A stretch of DNA of 64,000 nt, taken from the IMG/VR virus record IMGVR_UViG_3300042341_001047. One strand, written 5' to 3'. The position numbers and the translations under genes are program-made. The notes under the pieces were generated by a model that was not told where the DNA came from, did not search any database, and saw nothing but the letters and a program-made list of their open reading frames with translations. This DNA comes from a virus. Within the stretch, counting starts at the first letter, position 1. Every line of letters starts with the position of its first letter. This document shows, piece after piece, positions 40,067 to 49,457 of the stretch.

Positions 40067-40903
40067 ATGAAAATACTTAACTGGAAATTATTCTTAGAAG
40101 AATTAGTTGGTGAAAAACCAATAGCTGACTTTGATGACTATATCGAAGGAATGAAAATGTCTATGGAGGATAAATTATTTTTTGTAAACAAATTAGACTT
40201 TGATGTTATAGTTGATTTTGGATGTGCTAACGGAACGTTTCTTTCACTTGTTCAAAATATGAAACCTAATGTTAAGCTAATTGGATATGATTTAGACGAT
40301 ACAATGCTTTCAAAAGCAGAATCTATATTAGGAGAAGAATCATTACTAACAAGTAGTTGGGAACAAGTGGTTTTAGAATTATCTAAATATGAAAAACCTT
40401 TACTTAATTTAAGTTCTGTTATACACGAAGTTTATTCTTATTCACATTCAAGTGTTATTAAAAAATTCTGGGAACAACAAGTATTTGGAGGAAAATTCAA
40501 ATGGATAACTATTAGAGATATGATACCTTCAGTTGAAATACACAAAAGTGAATTAAAATCATTTGAAGAAGATGTTAAAAAAATTAGAGAGTTGGCTGAC
40601 CCTTACTACTTAAAATCATTTGAAGATAAGTGGAGTCCAATCGATAATAATTATAGAACTCTTGTTCATTTCTTATTAAAGTATAGATATACTGACAATT
40701 GGGATAGAGAATTAAATGAAAACTACTTACCCGTATCATTAGAAACTGTTAAAAAGAAAATACCTTCTTCTTATAAAATAGTATTTGAAGAAGACTTTAT
40801 AGTTCCTTTTATCAAGGATAAAGTTATGGAAGACTTTGGAATTACTATTAAACACTCTACTCATACTAAAATGATAATAAAAAATGATAGTTTTAAAAGA
40901 TGA
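40067..40903 (+). CDS. SAM-dependent methyltransferase with CTS-like N-terminus
   Basis: VDFGCANG motif I, GYD, SSVIHE, IRD; MKILNWKLFLEE. Confidence 0.8.
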   Translation: MKILNWKLFLEELVGEKPIADFDDYIEGMKMSMEDKLFFVNKLDFDVIVDFGCANGTFLSLVQNMKPNVKLIGYDLDDTMLSKAESILGEESLLTSSWEQVVLELSKYEKPLLNLSSVIHEVYSYSHSSVIKKFWEQQVFGGKFKWITIRDMIPSVEIHKSELKSFEEDVKKIRELADPYYLKSFEDKWSPIDNNYRTLVHFLLKYRYTDNWDRELNENYLPVSLETVKKKIPSSYKIVFEEDFIVPFIKDKVMEDFGITIKHSTHTKMIIKNDSFKR

Positions 40904-41631
40904 AATTAAAAAAGTATAATGACTTTATTAAAGAATCTTTTGGAACGTCAGCGGAGTATAATAATTTCTTAAAATCAAAATCTATAGACTTAGATTTATT
41001 TGATGATAGTTTATTTGATGTTAAACAATTTGCTAAAGTTAATACTTATAGATATTTAATTGATTCAAAAGGAAATACTATTAATACGGAAGTTGATGAT
41101 AACGAAAAGTATAAAATACTTTACACTTGTCAAATTCAATACAATTTAAATTCCGGTAAAAATGATTTTAATAAAGTTATTGATAATTTAAATACTATTA
41201 AGATTTCTTTAGAAGAAATGATAGATAGAATTGAATCACAAGGATTAAAACTTGACAAAAATGAGTATTGGTCAGATAAAATTCTTATGAATGTGGATAA
41301 AATTACTCACACATTTTCTATATCATTCAAAAGTGATGAGATAGATACAAAAGAGTTGAAAGATAAATTTGATATCTATAACACAACACAAGATGACGAA
41401 TACTTAGAAGGGTTAAAAAAACTTAGAAATATCTATAGAGCAGAAGATATAGATTTCGACAGATATATGGACACCACCGACCAAGATGAGTTTATTTTAA
41501 TAGGAATGTTTATAGGTGATGATTTATATGGAGTAGGCATATATAATTCAGAAACTAAAGAGTTCACTATTGATAGACAAGAAATTGGAGCTTCGGTAGA
41601 TGCTTATAACGAACTAGAAGATAATGAATAA
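40900..41631 (+). CDS. Hypothetical protein with CTS-like N-terminus
   Basis: MKLKKYNDFIKES. Confidence 0.6.
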   Translation: MKLKKYNDFIKESFGTSAEYNNFLKSKSIDLDLFDDSLFDVKQFAKVNTYRYLIDSKGNTINTEVDDNEKYKILYTCQIQYNLNSGKNDFNKVIDNLNTIKISLEEMIDRIESQGLKLDKNEYWSDKILMNVDKITHTFSISFKSDEIDTKELKDKFDIYNTTQDDEYLEGLKKLRNIYRAEDIDFDRYMDTTDQDEFILIGMFIGDDLYGVGIYNSETKEFTIDRQEIGASVDAYNELEDNE

Positions 41632-41661
41632 AAAAACCCACTCATTTGAGTGGGTTTTTTT
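41630..41661. terminator. Bidirectional terminator (ACCCACT family)
   Basis: AAAAAACCCACTCA-tt-TGAGTGGGTTTTTT. Confidence 0.85.
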
Positions 41662-41663
41662 AA

Positions 41664-43115
41664 TTAAAGTTGGATAGCTTTAATCTCATTAAATAAAGCC
41701 TTCTTATCTAACTCCATCATTTTCATGATGTCAAAAACTTTATCGCTGAAGCCAGCCAAAGCAAAAACGTTTTGTTCTGGAAATTGAAGTGTAGAGTAAC
41801 CAGCCAAATCCCAAGAATAAACATATGGATTAGCTCCAAACTTTTTCTTGTATTGACTGAACTCAGAAGCGGGTGTTGTATAACCCATCCAACCTTGCAT
41901 ATCTGACAAGATGATAACTCTGTCATACTTCTTATTAGCCTTTTGGAAGATAGAACGGAAGTTCGTACCACCACCAGAGAATCTAAAAGAGTTTCTAATA
42001 GTCATTACAGAATCCATTGGATTGTAAGACATATAATTAGCGTTAGTAGAGAAAGTCATAACATCACAGTTATTAACTTTAGCTAAAATAGCTCCAAATA
42101 AAGAAGCAATTTCAGATGGTTTACCACTCATAGAACCAGAGACATCCATAACAACAAGTGTTTCGCCATCAAATACTGGTACGTTAGCAACAGAGATATC
42201 AAGTGCTTGGTTGATTGCCATAAGAACTTCTCTTACTTCTTTAGAAGAACCAACCTTACTGATTTCTTCATAAGCAGTTGAGAAACGGAATGGAAGAACT
42301 CTAGAGTTCTTAATCAACTTTTCATCAACTAACATTTCACAAGCTGCTGAAATAGAATCAGGAGATTGGGATATAATATTTCTTAGGTTTTTAAGAAGTG
42401 CAAAATATCCCAATTTTCTTGTAGAAATTAATTCAGACCAAGCATCAGACTTTAATTTAGTTAAATCTTCTTCAGACTCAGCCATTTGACCAGCTAGTGA
42501 TAACTTAGATTCCCAAGTTTGTGTGTTTTTCAACTCACCTTTAATAAGTAACTCTAAAGCTTCTTTATTTCTCATAGTAGGAACTGGGTGGACAATGTTA
42601 ACTAAGTCAACAAGTTTTACATCTTTGTTATCACCTTTATATTTGGCCAATTGGTAACCATCAAACTTATCAAAAGCCTTAGCAAATCCTTTCTTCAAAG
42701 CATTTGGGAACTTAGGACTATCCTTAGAAGTCTTATAAGCTAGATAGTAAGACATGATTTCAGTCATATCATCAACACGAACAACTACTTTATCGTAGAA
42801 GTTTTTACCCCACTCAGCACCTTCCAATTGTGAAGTTAATTCACCAGCAAGTGCGTGAGTAATACTTCTCATACCGAAACGGTCACGAGCAAAAATAGCT
42901 GCCTTAGCAATAAATTCTTTATCTTTCACTTTAGTAGAAAGTTTTCTCAATTCATCTAAAGATGTTTGAGCATTTCTATAAAACTGATCATTAACAAATG
43001 ATGTTAATAATAAAGATACTAATGCTAATTCATTAGATTGTGAATAAGCTTGACCACCTGCTAGGTTTTCAGTTAAAGTTTTTGCCTTTGGCATTGTTGT
43101 GTTAAATTTTGACAT
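41664..43115 (-). CDS. rsr: Ro60/TROVE-domain RNA-binding protein with C-terminal vWA domain
   Basis: NLAGGQAY, YQLAKY, LVNIVHP, TWE..LS, ALLKNLRN, SRVLPFRF, MIDAS DVSGSM, GGT, IILSDMQ, DLAGY, GFSDKVF. Confidence 0.92.
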   Translation of the reverse strand: MSKFNTTMPKAKTLTENLAGGQAYSQSNELALVSLLLTSFVNDQFYRNAQTSLDELRKLSTKVKDKEFIAKAAIFARDRFGMRSITHALAGELTSQLEGAEWGKNFYDKVVVRVDDMTEIMSYYLAYKTSKDSPKFPNALKKGFAKAFDKFDGYQLAKYKGDNKDVKLVDLVNIVHPVPTMRNKEALELLIKGELKNTQTWESKLSLAGQMAESEEDLTKLKSDAWSELISTRKLGYFALLKNLRNIISQSPDSISAACEMLVDEKLIKNSRVLPFRFSTAYEEISKVGSSKEVREVLMAINQALDISVANVPVFDGETLVVMDVSGSMSGKPSEIASLFGAILAKVNNCDVMTFSTNANYMSYNPMDSVMTIRNSFRFSGGGTNFRSIFQKANKKYDRVIILSDMQGWMGYTTPASEFSQYKKKFGANPYVYSWDLAGYSTLQFPEQNVFALAGFSDKVFDIMKMMELDKKALFNEIKAIQL

Positions 43116-43148
43116 AATTTTATTTTTAATTTTAATTTATTTTTAAAC

Positions 43149-43189
43149 AAAAAAGACCAGATAAAACATTTCTGTTAAATCTGGTCTTT
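43149..43189 (-). terminator. Intrinsic terminator between the ncRNAs and the Ro60 gene
   Basis: AAAGACCAGAT...ATCTGGTCTTTTTT on minus strand. Confidence 0.75.
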
Positions 43190-43197
43190 ATAATTTG

Positions 43198-43484
43198 CGC
43201 AAACAAGTAAATTTAGCCTAAGGCGTTACAAAGAATTCTCCCGAAACTCTGCCTGTGTATTATCGTGTCCATCATACGAGTTTTTTTATTTAAAGGAAGT
43301 AAACTTTTTCCTTGACTTAGCCCTTAAAAAGGATTTACAGGAGTCACCCGGACTTTTTCACTTTAATTCAGTATGTCCTTTCGGCTTCATCTGAATTCAG
43401 TAGCCTTGCTGTCGCTTAGCACTTTTTCGATCATAGTTTATATTTGAATTTATCGAAGTATCTCAAACTATCGCTATGTCTGCG
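43198..43484 (-). ncRNA. Putative long Y-RNA-like ncRNA (287 nt)
   Basis: 5' CGCAGACA pairs with 3' UGUUUGCG; bulged U; AG/CU; UAGUUUGAG/CUUAGGCUA upper stem; internal hairpins; adjacent to Ro60 gene. Confidence 0.65.
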
Positions 43485-43499
43485 TTTTAATTATATTGA

Positions 43500-43568
43500 C
43501 CAGAGAAAATTACTAAAGAGTGTTTTTTAGAATAAATGTTTCGAAGTAACTCTTTAATTTACTACTGG
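43500..43568 (-). ncRNA. Putative short Y-RNA-like ncRNA (69 nt)
   Basis: CCAG-U-AG...UAAAGAGU-UACUUCGA...ACUCUUUA...CU-CUGG; same architecture and motif as the 287-nt element. Confidence 0.65.
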
Positions 43569-43715
43569 AATTTTTTAATTGTCTTTCTTTTATATCTGAA
43601 AATCAAAAAGTTTTAATTTTCTTCAAAAAAAGTTTTTTTAATTTGTTTAGTATATATCAACCTCTAAAATTTCACTTTTTTCAAAGGTGGATTGTTTACA
43701 GATAAGTTATATACC

Positions 43716-44357
43716 TTACTTACCAATATGTTTAGAGATTTCATAAATTAATTCCTCTAACTCTTCTTCTGACATTTTATCAGTTACCTTCAAATCATCG
43801 GTATTTACAAGGTCTCCAGGCATTTCTTGTTGAACTGGAGTGATTATATAATCAGAAAATTCTTCTTTCTCTTCATCAGTAAAACATTTAACCATTGATA
43901 AATAAGACCAATCTAATTTATCTTTCCATTGTCTAATAAAATCAATTGATAAGTCATTAGCACTAATAACAGACCATAAATTTTTATCTTCAATAACTTT
44001 AGTATGATTGTCAAATGAATCAGATTGAGTAGAGATATAAAGTATCATTCTATCCCAATTAATATTTTCTTTATACTTAGTGATAAAATCATCAGATAGA
44101 TTAGAATATGTTGTCATACTTAATTCTGTAATATCTTCGATATTTAAATACTCCATTTCAATAGCTTTAATAATAAACTCTTCTGAAAAATTCAAACCTT
44201 GAATAAGAACTTCTTTATCTAAAAGGTCTGTACATTCTAAAATAGTATCTTCGGATAATTCATAATTTCTAACAATATCATATGTTTCATATCCACTTGA
44301 TAATAATTCAATTACCCAACTTCTATCTAGTTTTCCTTCTATTTCAATTTTTTCCAT
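43716..44357 (-). CDS. Short helical repeat (tryptophan-repeat-like) protein
   Basis: LSDDFITKYKENINW / LSIDFIRQWKDKLDW repeats. Confidence 0.6.
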   Translation of the reverse strand: MEKIEIEGKLDRSWVIELLSSGYETYDIVRNYELSEDTILECTDLLDKEVLIQGLNFSEEFIIKAIEMEYLNIEDITELSMTTYSNLSDDFITKYKENINWDRMILYISTQSDSFDNHTKVIEDKNLWSVISANDLSIDFIRQWKDKLDWSYLSMVKCFTDEEKEEFSDYIITPVQQEMPGDLVNTDDLKVTDKMSEEELEELIYEISKHIGK

Positions 44358-44435
44358 AAAAATAATTTCTTTTTATTTATATAATAAAAAAAGGGATTGT
44401 TGTCACAACCCCTTTTTCAATTTTATCTATTTTGA

Positions 44436-46982
44436 TTAAGATCCACAAGCTAAACAATCATCTGGATTATCAAGTGAACAACTGATTTCAGCCATTTGTT
44501 CCTCAACAGATTTATTATCTTCTTGAACGGTGAACTTAACAGCATCTGAAGCTGATTTGTTTCTTAGATAATAGATACCTGTTTTCAAAGCAGATTTCTT
44601 ATCTCTATAACATCTAGCTTTTCCTTCTGAATCATATATGATTTCAATAGATTCACCTTGAGGAATAATTGGAGTACCATCAGCATTCATAATAAAGTTT
44701 CTTCTTCCCCAACCATAAAAGTGCATTGAAGTCAACTTCGCAAAGTTTGGAGAATCCATAAAGATATTCATTGATTGTGTTTGGTCGATGAAAGCTCCTC
44801 TATCAGCAGCCATGTCAATAACATCTTTTTGTTTAATTTCATAAACCGTTTTATAAACTTCTTTTATGTTCGTAGGAACTTGTGGTATATTTTGAATAGA
44901 ACCATTTTCTCCAATAATTCTTTTTCTTATATCATCATTCCATAATCCTAATTTAACCAATTCTTTTACAAGATATTTATTAACTAAGATAAATGTTCCA
45001 GAGAGTACACTTCTTGTATACATATTTGAAGTTTGTGCTTCACAAGATGCTTCATTACCTAAGATAGATGCTGTAGAAGCAGTTGGCATAATACAAGTAG
45101 TTAAAGAATTTCTAACACCATGTTTTTTAATTTCTTCTCTTAGTTTATCCCAATCCCATCTTTTTGTAGGTTTAGCACCCCATAAGTCAAATTGAAATTT
45201 ACCTTGTGAAATAGGAGAACCTTCATATGTTACATAAGGACCTTGTTCTTTAGCTAAGTCACAAGAAGCTTTAATTGAAGCGTAATAAATAGTTTCAAAA
45301 ATTTCTTTGTTTATTGATTTAGCTTCTTCTGATTCATAAGGTAATCCTAACATAAAGAATACATCAGCTAATCCTTGAACACCCAATCCAATTGGTCTAT
45401 GTAATAGGTTAGAGAATTTAGCGGCCGGTGATGGATAAAAGTTAACATCAATTACATTATTCAAGTTAATTGTAGCTTGATAAGCAACATCATACAATTT
45501 ATTGAAGTTATAAGTTTTGTTTTTATTAACAAACTTAGGTAAAGCGATAGAAGCCAAGTTGCAAACAGCAGTTTCATTCACAGATTCTTCACCAAAAAAC
45601 TCACCTAATCCAATTCTTTCCAATAACTCTTTATTTTGTAGTATCTCAGCTTGTGTTTTAGTAATTCCAGTTGCTTCAACAATTTCAGCACAAAGGTTAG
45701 AACTTCTAATCACACCAATATTAGATTGATTTGATTTCTCATTAATAGAATCTTTATAAAGAATGTAAGGAGTTCCTGTTTCAATTTGAGATTCAAGAAT
45801 TTTATTCCAAACCTCTCTTGCTTTAAGAGTTCTTTTAGCTTTACCTTGTTGTTCATAGCTTGTGTAAAGTTCTCTGAATTCTTTACCATAAGTTTCTGTT
45901 AAACCAGAACATTCGTGAGGACACATCAAAGACCAATCTTCATCAAGTTCAACTCTCTCCATAAATAAGTCATTCATCCACATAGCCAAGAATAAATCTC
46001 TAGCTCTAATTTCATCTTTACCTTGATTCTTACGAAGGTCTAAGAACTCCATAATATCAGAATGCCAAGGTTCCATATAAATAGCAATTGAACCTTTTCT
46101 TTTACCACCACCTTGGTCAACAGCTCTTGCTGTCTCATTAAAAATCTTCAAGAAAGGAATAATACCATTTGAGGTACCATTAGTACCAGCAATATAAGTT
46201 CCTTTAGATCTAACTTTAGTGAAAGAAATACCGATACCTCCAGCGTTTTTAGAGATTTGAGCAGATTCTTTAAGAGTGTTAAAGATGCCTTCAATTGAAT
46301 CATTCTCAACATCTAATAAGAAACAAGATGATAATTGTGGTCTACCCGTACCAGAGTTAAATAAGGTTGGAGTAGCGTGTGTATAATAACCTTCTGAAAG
46401 TGTATTATAAGTTTCGATAACTTTTTCCAAGTTCTCACCCCATACTTGAAGAGCTGTTCTCATATACATATACTGAGGTCTTTCAGCTACTTTACCATTC
46501 AATTTCAATAGATAAGACTTCTCTAATGTTTTGAATCCAAAGTAATCAAAATTGTGGTCTCTTGAATGCACAATAGCTGAATCAAGTTCACCAGCATGTT
46601 CTTTTACAATTTTATAAAAGCTTTCAGAAACAATTGGAGAATGTTTACCTGTTTTAGGATCGATGTACTTATAAAGATCTTCAGCAGTTTCAGAAAAACT
46701 CTTTTTTGTTTCTTTATGCAAATTTGTAATTGCCAATCTAGCCGCTAAGATAGAATAATCAGGATGTTTAGTAGCTAAAGACGCAGCTGTCTCCATAGCT
46801 AATTGATCTAAAGTATAAGTTTTAATATCCGGTGTTATTCCTTCAATTACCTTTTGAGCAACTTCAAAAGGAATTATAAGTTTCTGATCTAACCCATAAG
46901 TTTGTTGTTTAATTCTGTCTAAAATTTTGTCCAGCATAACTGGCTCTTTCTTCCCATTTCTTTTTATTACTTTTATATTCAT
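44436..46982 (-). CDS. nrdA: Ribonucleotide reductase class Ia alpha subunit with ATP cone
   Basis: VIKRNG ATP cone, ATPTLFN, SSCFL, SNLCAE, MPTAST, KTGIYY, C-terminal CLACGS. Confidence 0.97.
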   Translation of the reverse strand: MNIKVIKRNGKKEPVMLDKILDRIKQQTYGLDQKLIIPFEVAQKVIEGITPDIKTYTLDQLAMETAASLATKHPDYSILAARLAITNLHKETKKSFSETAEDLYKYIDPKTGKHSPIVSESFYKIVKEHAGELDSAIVHSRDHNFDYFGFKTLEKSYLLKLNGKVAERPQYMYMRTALQVWGENLEKVIETYNTLSEGYYTHATPTLFNSGTGRPQLSSCFLLDVENDSIEGIFNTLKESAQISKNAGGIGISFTKVRSKGTYIAGTNGTSNGIIPFLKIFNETARAVDQGGGKRKGSIAIYMEPWHSDIMEFLDLRKNQGKDEIRARDLFLAMWMNDLFMERVELDEDWSLMCPHECSGLTETYGKEFRELYTSYEQQGKAKRTLKAREVWNKILESQIETGTPYILYKDSINEKSNQSNIGVIRSSNLCAEIVEATGITKTQAEILQNKELLERIGLGEFFGEESVNETAVCNLASIALPKFVNKNKTYNFNKLYDVAYQATINLNNVIDVNFYPSPAAKFSNLLHRPIGLGVQGLADVFFMLGLPYESEEAKSINKEIFETIYYASIKASCDLAKEQGPYVTYEGSPISQGKFQFDLWGAKPTKRWDWDKLREEIKKHGVRNSLTTCIMPTASTASILGNEASCEAQTSNMYTRSVLSGTFILVNKYLVKELVKLGLWNDDIRKRIIGENGSIQNIPQVPTNIKEVYKTVYEIKQKDVIDMAADRGAFIDQTQSMNIFMDSPNFAKLTSMHFYGWGRRNFIMNADGTPIIPQGESIEIIYDSEGKARCYRDKKSALKTGIYYLRNKSASDAVKFTVQEDNKSVEEQMAEISCSLDNPDDCLACGS

Positions 46983-47098
46983 GTTTTTAATTTTTTTTGT
47001 CTTTTATATATCTGTGTTAAAATCCAATTAAAAATGTCAATTATTCATTTTTTTTTGGTTTTTTATAATAGCCTTTTTAATTATTTTTTTATAGTTTA

Positions 47099-48052
47099 TT
47101 ACAAAAAGTCTATATTGTTTAATTTATTTAGGTTATACTTAAATTTAGTATTATTTAAAATTTTAGTAATTTTTCCAAGTTCTACATTATATAAATTTTC
47201 ATAAGAGTCAACTTTAAAAGTTGATTCAATGTAGTCAGTTTCGATAACAACACCGGTTATTATTTTACTTTCCTCTAAAATCTCATCAAACCATTCGAAT
47301 TCAATTTCAGTTCCCTCATAAATATTTCTATTTGTGATTTCTTTAGCATTTACGTTTTTACCAATGTGATCTTGTAGTTCATTTATTATTAAATTCCTCC
47401 ACTTTTTATCCAATAGTTTGAACATATTGAAAAGATTATCTGAAAAATAAACAGCCAACTCATTAAACAATTCAATGTTTGTAAAACTCTCACTAGTAAG
47501 ATTTGTTTTCAATAGTGAATAATACTGATTGAAATCCGACCTAGATGGTTTTCTACGATTATTTAAAAAGTTAATACTAGTATTTTCAGTTAGAATAGCA
47601 TAAACTCTTTCTTTAACTAATTTAGACCTAATGTATTTTTCATTATCAATAGATTCAAAGTAGTAGTTAGATGATTTATCGACTTCAATAGTATCTTTAT
47701 GATACATACCAAATCCACCCATATCTTCATCCTCGTCTAAAGGATCTTCTTTTTTACCTTTGAAAATTGAATCATATTTTAATGAGTGTTTTCCTTCTAC
47801 CTTATGTTTAGATAGAACAACATCATCAGTTTCAGTTTCTTCAGGTTTCACATCGGTGATATTAAGATCTTCATCATCTATTTCGATAATGATGTCTAAA
47901 TTATCTTCATCATCATCAATCATATACCCATCACCATCGTCACTATCGTCATCTTCATCAGACTCTTGTTCTGGTTCAATAACCTCATTTTGAGTATCAT
48001 CATCTAATTCTTCATCAAAATCATCTTCATCGTCTCTAACTTTTTTAGCCAT
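47099..48052 (-). CDS. Hypothetical protein with highly acidic N-terminus
   Basis: ORF track. Confidence 0.6.
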   Translation of the reverse strand: MAKKVRDDEDDFDEELDDDTQNEVIEPEQESDEDDDSDDGDGYMIDDDEDNLDIIIEIDDEDLNITDVKPEETETDDVVLSKHKVEGKHSLKYDSIFKGKKEDPLDEDEDMGGFGMYHKDTIEVDKSSNYYFESIDNEKYIRSKLVKERVYAILTENTSINFLNNRRKPSRSDFNQYYSLLKTNLTSESFTNIELFNELAVYFSDNLFNMFKLLDKKWRNLIINELQDHIGKNVNAKEITNRNIYEGTEIEFEWFDEILEESKIITGVVIETDYIESTFKVDSYENLYNVELGKITKILNNTKFKYNLNKLNNIDFL

Positions 48053-48069
48053 GTTTTATTTTATTTTTA

Positions 48070-49398
48070 TTATTGATCTAAAAATTGATCATTTTCAAGA
48101 GTCAAATATGTAGAGTTCAAATTAAGTCGAATCTGTGACTTTAAGAAATCACCATCTCTTTGTTTTAATAACTTGAATCTATACAGATTTTGTCTTTTCA
48201 TTTCTTCAGTTCTTATTATAGCAAAAAATGTGTCTGCTGTTTCAGCAATCGCCTTAGATTCAGGTACACTTTCTAATGTAATATCAGCTGAGTTCCAAGC
48301 GTCCTTAGCGACTTGAACACCAGTTATGACTGGACACTTGTATTTAGCACCAACTGCTCTTAAAGCTTCTGCAAGAGTCTTACCTTTAGTATAAAGGTTA
48401 TCAGCCATTGCTCCTTTATTAGTTGCTACTAATGTGATATAATCCACGATAATTAAATCGATTTTTATATCTTTCTTTTCTTTTAACTTTTGAATGTAAT
48501 TATCAAAATCAGTAACCGTGGCAGTACCAGCCGCCCAGAACTTGGTAAAGATTTTACCAACTTTCTTATCAAAAAGATCCCCACTATCAGCAGTTTTACT
48601 AAGATTAGCGATTTTCTTTTTAATCATTTCGGTATCTTTTGAAAGAACATCATATTCATTGATAGGAATTTTTAATCTCATTGCTCCAATTCTTTTCATA
48701 ACTTTTCTTTCACTCATCTCAAGTGTTATGTAAAGAACATTATGACCCATATCAGCGGCTTTGAAAGCAAAGTTCTGCATCCAAAGAGACTTACCATTGT
48801 TAGTCTCAGCCATAATAACATTAAGAGTTGAAATATCCCAACCACCACCTAACATATGGTCAATTGATTCAAATCCACACTTAACTTTAAATTTAGAAGA
48901 ATCTTGAACGTGGTTTTCAGGGTCATCAAAGTCTGAACCTAAGTCATCATCTTGAATAAAGTTTGTTGATGACATTTCATTGACAATAGATTTAATTCTA
49001 TCAGCCGCTTCTACAGCTTTTTCAAAGTCAGAAATAGAATCAAGATTTCTTGTTTCGTCAATAATATCTACGGTGCCGGTTTTTAACCTATTTCCTAGAA
49101 TCCAAGCGTTAAATTTAGGTTCAATGAAGTTCTTCTCATCATATTCTTTTAAATCTACTTGTAAAATTGATTTTAATATTTCTTTAGTTATAACTCCTTC
49201 TTTATCTTCTAAAGAAACCATATCTAATATTTGTCTAGGAGTAGGAACCTGAGTATCAGCTTTAATCATATACTCTCTAATCACACCATAAACAAATTGA
49301 ATTTCGGAGTTTCTAAAGAAATAAGGTTTAACAATATCAAAGTATTTCTTGTTCTTAAGTATAAAGCTGAAAAATACTTTCTCTAATTGTGGAGTCAT
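48070..49398 (-). CDS. Replicative helicase (T4 gp41/DnaB family)
   Basis: AETNNGKS, YITLEMSE, IIVDYI, PESKAIAETAD, LKQR. Confidence 0.92.
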   Translation of the reverse strand: MTPQLEKVFFSFILKNKKYFDIVKPYFFRNSEIQFVYGVIREYMIKADTQVPTPRQILDMVSLEDKEGVITKEILKSILQVDLKEYDEKNFIEPKFNAWILGNRLKTGTVDIIDETRNLDSISDFEKAVEAADRIKSIVNEMSSTNFIQDDDLGSDFDDPENHVQDSSKFKVKCGFESIDHMLGGGWDISTLNVIMAETNNGKSLWMQNFAFKAADMGHNVLYITLEMSERKVMKRIGAMRLKIPINEYDVLSKDTEMIKKKIANLSKTADSGDLFDKKVGKIFTKFWAAGTATVTDFDNYIQKLKEKKDIKIDLIIVDYITLVATNKGAMADNLYTKGKTLAEALRAVGAKYKCPVITGVQVAKDAWNSADITLESVPESKAIAETADTFFAIIRTEEMKRQNLYRFKLLKQRDGDFLKSQIRLNLNSTYLTLENDQFLDQ

Positions 49399-49457
49399 TT
49401 AAATAATTTCATTTTTATATTATATAAAATGCTATTACTAAGTTTGCTATAAATGTG

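Noticed and set aside
43340-43362. GAAAAAGUCCGGG in the long RNA resembles RNase P RNA CR-I (GAGGAAAGUCC)
   Set aside because: No complementary CR-V/P4 partner (ACAGAA..CGGCU) in the 3' part
43368-43395. CAGAUGAAGCCGAAAGG looks like a hammerhead core
   Set aside because: Lacks CUGAnGA and the GAAA after stem II; explained as a GNRA hairpin
44436-46982. Inteins in NrdA
   Set aside because: Insertions are too short and lack C/S...HN termini
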